Shown: positions 13,091-23,595, numbered from the stretch's first letter. The stretch: 64,000 nucleotides of DNA from Mobula hypostoma (GCF_963921235.1 NC_086108.1:6696001-6760000), one strand, 5' to 3'. Made by a program: numbers and translations. Notes: generated from the sequence alone by a model not told the origin.

Positions 13091-15404
13091 TCACTGTGAT
13101 CTACGTAGCACCGGCGATGGCGGTTGTGCTGGCTCCGGCCTGACTTGAGGTGTCAGCACGTTAGGCGTCGGTAATCCCTCGTGCGTGTGCGTCGCGCCCG
13201 GTATGGGAGTGTCGTGTGGTGTCTGTGTAGAGTTTGGGGTGCACGGTGTCTCGTAGGTACATACATTGGTGGGTATGGGGTTAATAGTCACCACGGAGTG
13301 TTCAGGGTAGGGGCCCGGAGCTCCTGCGGGCGCCAGGTCGCGGATGGAGACCGTGTCCTCCCGCCCATCAGGTAAAACCATGTAGGCATACTGGGGGTTC
13401 ACATGAAGTAAGTGAACCCTCTCGACTATTGGGGAGTATTTATTGCTCCTCGCATGTTTCCGGAGCAGCACTGGCCCCGGGGATGTCAGCCAAGTTGGTA
13501 GGGTGGTTCCAGTGGTCGATTTTCTGGGAAAAGAAAAGAGTCGCTCATGAGGGGTGGCATTGGTGGCTGTGCATAACAGGGAGCGGATGGAGTGGAGTGC
13601 CTCGGGAAGGACCTCCTGCCAGCGGGAGACCGGCAATCCCTTTGACCTGAGGGCTAAGAGTGTGGCTTTCCATACCGTGGCATTCTCCTTCTCTACCTGT
13701 CCATTCCCCCGGGGATTATAGCTTGTGGTCCTACTAGTTGCAATTCCCCTAGCCAGTAGGTATTGGCGCTGCTCGTCACTCATAAACGAGGACCCTCTGT
13801 CACTGTGGATATAGCATGGGTATCTGAACAGAGTGAAGAGCTTGCGCAGGGCTTTTATAACTGACGTGGTAGTGGTGTCGGGGCAGGGGATGGCGAAGGG
13901 GAACCGCGAGTACTCGTCGATAACGTTAAAAAAGTACACATTGCGGTCGGTGGAGAGAAGGGGGCCCTTAAAGTCAACACTCAGTCGCTCAAAGGGGCGG
14001 GTGGCCTTGATGAGTGGTGCCTTTTCGGGTCGGTAGAAGTGCGGTTTGCACTCTGCGCAGACTTGGCAGTCCCTGGTCATCATCCTGATCTCCTCAAGGG
14101 AGTAAGGCAGGTTCCGGGCTTTCACGAAGTGGAAAAGCCGGGTGGCAAAGGTCTACATGTAGGGCGTATAGCCGGTTGATCTGCGCGCTGGCGCACGTTC
14201 CCCGGGATAGGGAATCGGAGGGCTCGTTGAGCTTCCCAGGCCTGTACATGATGTCATAGTTGTAGGTGGAGAGTTCGATTCTCCACCTCAGAATTTTATC
14301 GTTTTTGATTTTGCTCCGCTGCTGATTATTAAATATGAATGCGACTGAGCGCTGGTCAGTTAGCAGGGTGAACCTTTTGCCGGCAAGATAGTGCCTCCAG
14401 TGCCTTATAGCTTCCACTATGGCCTGGGCCTCTTTCTCCACCGTGGAGTGCTGAATTTCAGGGCCTTGAAGGGTACGGGAGAAGAACGCCACCGGTCTTC
14501 CTGCCTGGTTGAGGGTAGCAGCCAGCGCAAAGTCGGAGGCGTCACTCTCTACTTGGAAGGGAATGGCCTCATCCACCGCATGCATTGCTGCTTTGGCAAT
14601 GTCCCCTTTTATGCGGTTGAAGGCCGCGTGGGCCTCGGCAGGGAGGGGGTGGGCCTTGTCTGCATACTTAGAGACCCATTGGGCGTAATATGAAAAGAAG
14701 CCCAGGCACCTTTTGAGGGCTCTGAGGGTATTGGGAAGAGGGAGTTCCAACAAGGGGCGCATACGGTCGGGGTCAGGGCCAATGACTCCATTCTCCACGA
14801 CACACCCAAGGATAGCAAGTCGGGTGGTCCCAAATACACACTTGTCCTTGTTATAGGTGAAGTTGAAAGATTTGGCCGCTTGGAGAAATTTTTGGAGGTT
14901 GTTATCGTGATCCTGCTGATCGTGACCGCAGATGGTGATGTTATCCAGATATGGGAACGTGGCCTTCAGAAAGCACTGGTCCACCATCCGGTCCATTGCC
15001 CTCTGGAAGACAGATACACCATTCGTGACACCAAAGGGGACGCGCAGGAATTGATAAAGCCTGCCGTCCGCCTCGAAGGCAGTGTAAGGGCGGTCCTCCC
15101 AGCGGATGGGGAGCTGATGGTAAGTCGATTTTAGGTCTATGGTCGAGTACACCTTGTACTGTGCTATCTGATTGACCATATCTGCGATGCGGGGTAGAGG
15201 GTACGCGTCGAGCTGCATGAACCTATTGATGGTCTGGCTATAGTCCACGACGATCCTATTCTTCTCCCCGTTCCGAACAACCACCACCTGCGCCCTCCAA
15301 GGACTTGTGCTTGCCTCAGTGACCCCCTCCCTGAGCAGTCGCTGCACCTCAGACTTAATGAAAGCTCTGTCCCCCGCGCTGTACCTTCTGCTTTTAGCTG
15401 CCAC
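13091..15404 (-). pseudogene. Gypsy pol: RT-RNase H (14094-15404) and integrase (13091-14125), frameshifted
   Basis: RT SPWRAQVVVV, IDLKSTYHQL, VPFGVTNG, YLDN; RH ESDAS...EKEAQA...LLTDQRS; IN HHCC (H...H...CQVC), VDFKG, HSDRG, NGQVEK. A frameshift lies in the IN zinc finger near 14130. No chromodomain is visible. Confidence 0.93.
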
Positions 15405-15612
15405 AGGTTTACAGACAGGGGTCAGGTTGGCGAACAGCGGTGGGGGAGGGATCCTGAGGGTGGAGAGGCCGCAGGTGGTGTCGGTGGTGTGGCAGTTGGC
15501 ATGATGTTGGGTGGGATGCGCGGGTTAGTGTGTGTGTGTGTGGTCAGTAGCGGGGTACGTGACATATCTCTACAAAACGGGATTTATGACAGTAATTGGC
15601 GGGAGGGGCCCA

Positions 15613-16989
15613 TCATACTTCATTGTCACGCTTTTCAGGTGGCTCTGGAAGTCCAACTCCAACAGTACAGGGGCACACAGTTGAGGCAAGACCAGTAACG
15701 TAAAGTCCCGATATTCTGTGCCCTGCACCACTAGTGTCGCTACACAACCCCCCCCGGATGTCTGTTGTATGCGACCTGGAGGCCATGGTGACCCTCTGAC
15801 TTACCGGCCGTATCATGAATCCACAATGCTGCACCGTGGCCGGGTGGATAAAACTCTCCGTGCTGCCTGTGTCAAACAGGCAGCTTGTCCTGTGCCCCTC
15901 CACCAGGATGTCCATCATTGACCTTGCGAGCTGGTGGGGAGCGCTTTGGTCGAGGGTCACGGAAGCCAGGGTGGGGTCGCTGTCTTGGTCCAGCATGGTG
16001 CGGTGCCCCGTGAGCACCCGTTGGTCGTAGGCGGTAGGAGGTGGCGCCGACCAAGATGGCCGCCCCCATGTCTCGCACGTGGTGGTGGCGTGCAGGGAAG
16101 ATGGCAGCAGGCAAGATGGCGACCCCCACGTCTCGCACGTGGTGGCAGTGTGCAGGGAAGATGGCGGCCCCCATGTCTCGCACGTGGTGGCAGTGTGCAG
16201 GGAAGATGGCGACCCCCACGTCTCGCACGCGGCGCTGCTCGATCCCGCTCGCGGTTTTGACTTACAGACCTTGGCGAAGTGGCCCTTCTTTCCGCAGTTG
16301 GAACAGGTAGCTTGTCGGGCCGTGCAGCGTTTCCGGGGGTGCTTCTCCAGTCCGCAGAAGTAGCACTTCGCGGACTCTCGACTGGCGGCAGCTGAGGTCG
16401 ATTTGCCGGCGGGTTGCGGGGTCTGCGGCACCCATGAGGCCGTCAGGGGATCGTGTGCCTGGAGAGCCTCGGAGTTATGCAGAGCGGCCTCCAACGTATC
16501 AGCCAGCTCGATCGCCGAACTTAGGGTAAGATCAGCTTTTTCCAGCAGCCGCTGGCGCACGTACACTGACCTGGTCCCCGTAACGAAGGCGTCTCTCACT
16601 AGGAGTTCTGCATGCTGCGCCACCGTCAGCTCCTGGCAATTGCAGGCTCACACGAGCGTCCGTAGGGCCCGGACAAACTCAGCACTCGATTCCCCGGACC
16701 GTTGTTGCCGTGTCGCTAAGCGATGCCGAGCATAGACGCTGTTTATCGGCTGCAGGTATTGTCTTTTGAGTGCGTTCATCGCGCCGTCGTAGTTCGGCTG
16801 GTCTCTGATCAGCGAATAAACCCGTGGACTGACCCTGGAGAGTAGAATTCTGAGCTTCGCTATGGGGTCGGTCACTTTAATTTCCTCTAGATACGCTTCG
16901 AAGCAGGCCAGCCAGAGTTCGAAAGTGTTTCCGGCGTCAGGCATTCGCGGATGGAGGTCTAATTTTTCTGGTCTCAGGGCCTGTTCCAT
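15613..16989 (-). pseudogene. Gypsy gag-protease with in-frame stop (16648-16650) and frameshift at a G8 run (~15750)
   Basis: ATG at 16989 (MEQALRPEKL). The two ORFs are in one frame across the TGA. Knuckles CYFCGLEKHPRKRC and CSNCGKKGHFAKVC; protease LFDTGS; the PR C-terminus (PVLLELDF) continues in a shifted frame. Confidence 0.9.
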
Positions 16990-17015
16990 GTTTTAAAATG
17001 TACAGCGAATAAAAT

Positions 17016-17245
17016 TGAAGCACCTTCAATTACTCCAAAAGACTGAGGTTTGGTTAAAATACTGAAAGGCATTTATTCGCTGTACAATACGACCTCCACA
17101 GTGAGTGCCTGCCCCCGGACTGAGGGGGAGGGGCAAGACGAACACCTTTATACAGGACTCTGTGGGAGGAGCCACAGGGGCAGTCAGCAGAGGGGTGTGT
17201 CCAGACAGGTAACCGAGTTACAACATATATACATGGTTTACCACA
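17016..17245 (-). repeat. Gypsy 5' LTR (230 bp)
   Basis: Direct repeat of 12761-12988. TATAAA at 17152-17147 and AATAAA at 17077-17072 on the element strand. Confidence 0.97.
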
Positions 17246-17615
17246 CTCATCTAGGTCATTTAGAAAAATCACAAAGAGTAGGGTCCCAGAACAGATCCCT
17301 GAGGCACACCACTGGTCACCGGTCTCCACGCAGAATATGACCCGTACACAACCACTCTTTGCCTTCTGTGGGCAAGCCAATTCTGGATCCACAAAGCAAT
17401 GTCCCTTTGGATCCCATGCCTTCTTACTTTCTCACTAAGCCTTGCATGGGGTACCTTATCAAATGCCTTGCTAAAATCCATATACACTACATCTACTGGT
17501 CTACCTTCATCAATGTGTTTAGTCACATCCTCAAAAAATTCAGTCAGGCTCGTAAGGCACGACCTGCCTTTGACAAAGCCATGCTGACTATTCCTAATCA
17601 CTGAGGGCTGTGGAG

Positions 17616-18080
17616 GTGAGTGAAGTTATCCACACTAGTTCAGGAGCCTGATGGTTGTGGGGTAATAACTGTTCCTGAACCTGGTGGTGTGGGACCTGAG
17701 GCTCATTGTGGTGAGTGAAGTTATCCACACTGGTTCAGGAGCCTGATGGTTGTGGGGTGATAACTGTTCCTGAACCTGGTGGTGTGGGACCTGAGGCTCA
17801 TTGTGATGAGTGAAGTTATCCACACTGGTTCAGGAGCCTGATGGTCGAGGGGTAATAACCGTTCCTGAACCTGGTGGTGTGGGACCTGAGACTCATTGTG
17901 GTGAGTGAAGTTATCCACACTGGTTCAGGAGCCTGATGGTTGTGGGGTAATAACTGTTCCTGAACCTGGTGGTGTGGGACCTGAGGCTCATTGTGGTGAG
18001 TGGAGTTATCCACACTGGTTCAGGAGCCTGATGGTTGTCGGGTGATAACTGTTCCTGAACCTGGTGGTGTGGGACCTAAG
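17616..18080. repeat. 95-bp tandem array (~4.9 units) derived from a Rex1/Babar 3' region
   Basis: Units start at 17616, 17711, 17806, 17901 and 17996. The array runs on into non-tandem LINE sequence to ~18260. Confidence 0.92.
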
Positions 18081-18457
18081 CCTCTTGTACCTTCTTCCCA
18101 ATGGCAGCAGTGAGAAGAGAGCATGGTCTGGATGGTGGGAATCCTTGATGTTAGATGCTGCTTTCTTTTGGCAGCGCTCCTTGTAGATGTGCTAATTGGT
18201 GGGGAGGGCTTTGCCTGTGATGGGCTAGGCTGCATCCACTATATTTTGTGGGCTTTTCTATTCTGTTGTACAACTTCAATAAGAGAAGGGTGATTCTAGT
18301 CCACACATTTTTTCATTTCGGTGTTATTAAAGTTCAGAAGCAGACCCTTCAACCAATATACCTGTACTAACCAGGCAAGGACACATCTGCACTAATCCCA
18401 TTTTCCAGCACTTGTAGAAACATTGGTTGATTAATCTGGAGCGTCAGAGGCCGAGGG

Positions 18458-18702
18458 TGTTGTGTCTTTAACACTTCAGTGACATTTGAGTAATCATATA
18501 TATATTGGTTGATTAAGCTTTCATGCTCATTTAAATAATTCATTATGAGTTATATGCATGAATATGTGAATTGTAAACGTCATCATGCAACCACATAATA
18601 CGTCCATGCCTCGTTAAAATAAGCATGAAGTTAGACCCGCATTTCAGATTCCTGAGTCTTCCTTTGAATTGGTTTAATGTTTTGCAGTTACAAAACATAA
18701 CG
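18458..18702. mobile_element. Possible solo LTR
   Basis: Starts TGTTGTGT and ends ACATAACG (imperfect terminal inverted repeat), AT-rich, interrupts CR1-like sequence. No TSD found. Confidence 0.3.
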
Positions 18703-19344
18703 AAGACACATTCAAGTCTTCTTCAGCAGTTCATGTTCTCAAGAGCCACTGATGCTAATCTAGCTCTGTAAGATGTGGGACGGTCTAGGTGGGCTCCATT
18801 GACTTTACCGCAAGAGCTGCTTGATAGGGTGGATGAGTGAGCTGTCTGGGAAGGTGGGGTTGCTTTAAATAGCTCCAAGCAGTTGATGCGACTGGACACA
18901 AGTGGGGTGCGAGTGTGGTTTCCTGCTGCCGAGTCCAACTTTGACTCTGCGAGGCTGCGGGGTGTTGTACTCCAAAATAGAAGCACTAGCTTCAAATTAA
19001 CAATGCATACTGATTAACATTGCAATCCACATACTTCCTTATGGTTAGTCACATCGTACAGCCTGACACAACCAGTAATATAGCCACTCGCATATTTATG
19101 CTTTGCATTTCCCTTGTGCACAACGACACCAGCAAAGTTCAAAGTAAATGGTTTTTGAGGTGTCTAATTTCAGAATGCACTATGTTGAGATTAATTTTCT
19201 TGCAGTTATTCACAGCAGAACAGTAGCATCAATGAAAAACTACGCATAGAGACTAGGGAGAAAACAACCAATTTGCAAAAGGAGAGAAATTGTACAAACA
19301 TAAAGTGTGAGTATGTAAATAGATAATACCAAAAGCATGAGCTG

Positions 19345-19960
19345 TCCCCTCCCCCAACCTTTTATTTCTGGCGTCTTCCCCCTTCCTTCTCAGTTCTGAA
19401 GAAAGGTCTCAGCTCAAAACATCAACCATCTGTTCATTTCTACAGGTGCTGCCTGACCTGCTGAGTTCCTCTAGCATTTTGCGTGTTGCTCAGGATTTCC
19501 AGCATCTGCAGACTTCCTCGTGTTTATAACTTGTCGAGCCGTTGAAAGGGATTCCAGAGGTTGCTTCAGTTGAAAGTTGTGGTGGGTGAGGTTGTCCAAC
19601 CTTGGTTCGGAAGCCTGATGATTGAGGGGTAATGGCTGTTCCTGAACCTGCTCAAGAACGAGTCTCAATAAGGGCCTCTGGGTAGCTTCCAACCTGATGG
19701 CATGAATATCAATTTCTCCTTCTGGTGAAATAATTTTTCCCTCTCTTGTACCCTCTTCTATTTCCCACTCTGGTCTCTTACCTCTTCTCACCTGCCAATC
19801 ACTTCTGCCTGGGTCCCCTCCTTCTTCCCTCTCCCCTATGCTCCACTCTCCTCTCCTATCAGATTCCTTCCTCTCCAGCCCTTTATCTTTCCAACCCACC
19901 TGGCTTCACCCATCACCTTCCAGCTAGCATTGTTCCCCTCCCCGCACCCCACCCCCATCT
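19345..19960 (+). mobile_element. Penelope (Neptune-type) pLTR and 3' fragments
   Basis: gctgcctgacctgctgagttcctc motif, a degenerate hammerhead-like segment at ~19391-19430, and gggtagcttccaacctgatggcatgaa followed by a pyrimidine-rich 3' UTR. Confidence 0.65.
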
Positions 19961-20357
19961 TTCTGGTCTGCATTCAGTTCTTTGGTCTCACTGGCGTTGA
20001 GTACCAAGTTCTTGCTTTGACACCACTCAGCTAGCTGTCACTGAGTGGTCACTGAGAGTAGCAGTAAGTGTTAAATCCTGCCAAGTATACGTTCAGTTAT
20101 ACCGCTGACTATAGGGCAACATGACTCAACAGCTCCAGGAGAGGAAGTAAACCCTACCCTATCTTTGTCACCACTTTGTTCAGTCAGTGATAATGAACTC
20201 ACTGTTCTCTGTTACAAGCGTGAGAGCCAGCAGAAAGGAAAAGTAGATCTACGTGGAACAAGGCAGTGAGGTTATTCTGAAACAGTCTAGATTATAGCCA
20301 ATGGAAAGAAAGAAAACCTATAGTTGCCAAAAATCTGAAACAATAGCATTAAACTGA

Positions 20358-20910
20358 TTCTTTAATGTTGTTATAGCCAGGGGTGGTAATAGGGACAATC
20401 TCCCACTGCCCATGAAATGCTCCCAATGGCGTGTGTCTCAAATAGCCTCTGACAACCAAGTCCAGCTTCTGGTTTTCACGAGTGGCTTAGCTACCAAGCC
20501 CACCAGAACCATTTCTACTGACAGGAGAAGGGGCAAAGGCGGGTTACTGGTGCCTTAAAACCAATCGCTTCAGGTAGCTGGGGCTCATTAGTCTACGTTG
20601 GCCAGCTCATCTAAGAGAAGGAAAACTCTGATCTCAAGCCCCTGCTACCTTCCACTCATGGGGAAGGCTTCAGGAGCAAATCCCAAAGAGAAATCCGGAA
20701 CTGGAGTCCCTGAGGCAGTCCAAGGCCTGTGACGCCACTGGTGCCAAAATGTATCAGTCTGTGATGTTCCTTTGGATTCATCAGCCTTGTGGAGAGGGGG
20801 AGTCTGCTGCACGGGCAACAGCTTGCTCTCCATATTGTACTGCCCTGGCTTGCATATCACATAGACAACAAGGACTCAACATTCATAGTTGACCCTGACC
20901 AATGGAGGGC
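20358..20910 (+). mobile_element. ~550-bp non-autonomous repeat (probably RTE-related); other copies at 38020-38520 (-) and 56540-57090 (-)
   Basis: Three alignable copies in the window. Each contains an HDV-ribozyme-like core (see findings). Confidence 0.65.
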
Positions 20911-21034
20911 ATTGGTAATTTACAATGTAAATGGCATGATAAAACATGGTTTATATTTCACTGTCAATGTATTAGGGATAACTGCTAAACCTTCCCTAAA
21001 AATTTCACAGTAAATTTATTATCGAAGTACATAG

Positions 21035-21372
21035 CCTGCCCCAGCCTGCAGGTCACCCTTGGGCAGGTGCCCACCTGCTTAGCACCGCCCCCCCATCCCC
21101 CGATCAGGGTCACATGAAGCCACAGGAGCAGGTGGTGGATGGTCGTATGAGCGGCTGGTGCAGATCACGAGTCCTGGTTATGTGACCACTGACACCAGGC
21201 AGACAAACTCTGAAGGGTACTGATAATGGCTGAGGTCACGAGTCTTGTAAAGTCACTGCCCAGAAGAAGGCAATGGCAAGCCACTTCTGCAGAAACTTTT
21301 CCCAAGAAGAATCGTGGTCATAGAAAGACCACAATCGCCCACATCATATGACATGGCACAATATGATGATGA
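21035..21372 (+). mobile_element. BovB/RTE-related non-autonomous repeat; copies at ~37150-37515 (-), 48180-48490 (-) and 51905-52160 (+)
   Basis: Contains gaagaaggcaatggcaagccacttc, which resembles the Bov-A/BovB motif GAAGGCAATGGCA..CCAC. Several alignable copies. Confidence 0.55.
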
Positions 21373-22063
21373 AGACAATGACAAATATGCCACAATATAC
21401 AAACCTGAAATTCACTTTCTTGCGGGAATTGACAGTAGAACAAAGAAATAGAGTGGATTCATTGTGAAGCTACCTACAAAGACTGACAAGTCTGAAGCCA
21501 TTATACATGGACAATGCCAGGCAAACATTCAAACATTTAACAATTTCTACAGCTGTACCATGGAGAGTATTTCAACTGGCTGCATCACCGTCTGGAAGGG
21601 GGGTGAGGGCTACTGTACAGGATTGAAATAAGCTGCAGAGAATTGTAAACTCAGTCAGCTCCATCATGGCCACTAGCCTCTGTAGTATCCAGGACACCTT
21701 CAAGGAGCAATGCTTCAAAAAGCGCAGCGTCCATCGTTCAGGACCCCCACCTCCCAGGTCATGCCATCTTCTCATTGCTACCATCAGGGAGGAGGTGCTG
21801 AAGCCTGGAGGCACACACTCAATGATTCAGGAGTAGTTTCTTCCCCTCTGTCATCCCATTTATGAATTGACATTGAACCCATGAATACTACCTCACTACT
21901 TTTTTCTCTCTCTTTTTGCACTATTTAATTTAACACATATACTTACTGTAATTTACAATTTTTATTATTCAGTATTGCAATGGACTGCTGCCACATAACG
22001 ACAAATTTCATGATATATACCAGAGATGTTAAACTTGATTTGGATCCTGATCCTTTTGATGGG

Positions 22064-22342
22064 GGCAGCACGCCAATGTAGCGGTTAGCGCAACACTTTA
22101 CAGTACAGACGACCCAGGTGCAATTCCCGCCGCCGTCTGTAAGGAGTTTGCACGTTCTCTCCGTGACCGTGTGGGTTTCCTCCGGGTGCTCCGGTTTCCT
22201 CCCACAGTCCAAAGACGTACCAGTTGGTAGGTGAATTGGTCAGTGTTAATGTTCCTGTGATTAGGCTAGGGTTCAATGAGAGGATTGCTGAAGGAATGAC
22301 GGGGCTACTCTGCACTGTATCTCAATAAACAATAAATAAAAT
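22064..22342 (+). mobile_element. tRNA-derived V-SINE (HE1-like)
   Basis: A/B-box-like head, V-domain ggagtttgcacgttctctccgtgaccgtgtgggtttcctccgggtgctccggtttcctcccacagtccaaagac, and an (AATA)n tail. Other copies at ~34600-34870, 39322-39605, 53941-54200, 54606-54885 (+) and 29655-29790, 33585-33795, 43000-43268 (-). Confidence 0.85.
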
Positions 22343-22829
22343 AAGTATTCAAATGAACATTTGTCCCAAGCCTGAATGTTGTCAATGCCTTATTGCTTGG
22401 CCGCATAACAACATATGTCAGTGATATTAAACTTGATTCTGATTCCGAGGGATCTTCAGTCCAAAATTGGACTGAGACGTCTGGACTATATGCACATATA
22501 TTAGTCTGGCTGTGTTTTTACTAATTATTCTACTTGTGCCTGTATACACAAGGACTGGGCTTCTAAGCCACGGTATTGCATAGTGGGCATCAGATGTCGG
22601 GGCCTATCAAGAGATGATCTCGGTGGGTTGGGAGGTCTGGACTATATACATGCATATACTGCGTCGTATTTTTACTAACATTCTTGTGTGTGACTGGTAG
22701 TGTGTTTTAATTAACTTGCCCCAAAGTGTCACTGTCTGGTTTGAGTTCAAAGTTCAAAGTAAAATTTACATAAGAGTACATACGTGTCACCACATACAAC
22801 CCTGAGGTTCTTTTTCTGTGGGCATACTT

Positions 22830-23595
22830 TCTTCTTACTTTTTAATTGACGTTATTTTTCGTATTTTTTTTGCTCATGGTAACACGTCGAAGCTGCGCCC
22901 TCTCTGACATGCTGGTAGAGAGAGTTTTATTTGGGTTTTCTTTAGCGCTGGAAATTGTTACATCCCGACACGCAGGACAGAAGCAAGGTCGCATTGTGTA
23001 TTCCACGGACCAGCAAAGACCGGCCGGCTTAGCGAACAGAGCGGCGGACACCCCTGCTGAAATCCAGAGGAAAACACACAGAGGGGGATCACAAAGCCGA
23101 GGAAGGAGGACCGGGTCGAGACAACAGAGACTTTTGGAGAAGAGGAGTTCGGTGGGTAATACCGTTCCGGCTGACCAGAAGTGCACTGAGAGCGGTAAGC
23201 GTAAAGGAGTTGGGTGCTTACTGTTCTGGCTAACAACAGATGGTGCAGTCCGGGGTATACTACAATCAAGGAACGTGTTTGCAGACTGGATATTGAACTT
23301 TTTACTGTTGGACTTCGGCCACATTCCACCGTGATACAACACTCGGCGGCACGGGAGGTCGTTCCTGCCTGTGGCCATCGAACGTGCAGCTCCTCCCGTG
23401 GAGGGTCAGACACCCTGAGCCAACAGACTGGTCCTGGACTTATTTTCCATCTGGCATAGTTTGCATTTTGGTGTTTGATTGTTGGGGTTTTTTGTATTGC
23501 TATATTTACGCTCTATTCTTGGTTGGTGCGGCTGTAACGAAACCCAATTTCCCTCGGGATTAATAAAGTATATCTATCTATCTACCTATCTATCT
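22830..23595 (+). mobile_element. Internally deleted Rex1/Babar-type LINE (5' region + APE piece + 3' end)
   Basis: APE fragment VLANNRWCSPGYTTIKERVCRLDIELFTVGLRP; (TATC)n tail; TSD ATACTT at 22824-22829 and 23596-23601 inside a host repeat. Confidence 0.65.

Larger units (their letters stand above)
12761..17245 (-). mobile_element. Full-length Ty3/Gypsy LTR retrotransposon (4485 bp)
   Basis: TG...CA LTRs at 12761-12988 and 17016-17245; 5-bp TSD CTCAT (12756-12760 and 17246-17250); polypurine tract beside the 3' LTR; domain order gag (2x CCHC)-PR-RT-RH-IN. Confidence 0.97.
11833..17600 (-). mobile_element. CR1 LINE 3' part (RT), split by the Gypsy insertion
   Basis: RT segments at 12034-12760 and 17251-17601 (SQHGFVKGRSCLT...DFSKAFDKVPH) rejoin across the duplicated CTCAT. 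Confidence 0.9.

Noticed and set aside
13007..13300. env or chromodomain after the Gypsy integrase
   Set aside because: Only a Pro/Thr-rich tail ending LRRSQ, with under 100 bp to the PPT; no room or motifs.
17616..18080. CRISPR-like regular repeats
   Set aside because: The units are contiguous with no unique spacers, LINE-derived and eukaryotic.
22064..22135. tRNA gene
   Set aside because: It is the tRNA-derived head of a multicopy V-SINE, degenerate and fused to the V-domain.
22842..23413. Overlapping 151-178-aa ORFs on both strands
   Set aside because: They lie inside an internally deleted LINE bounded by a TSD and tail; not a host gene.
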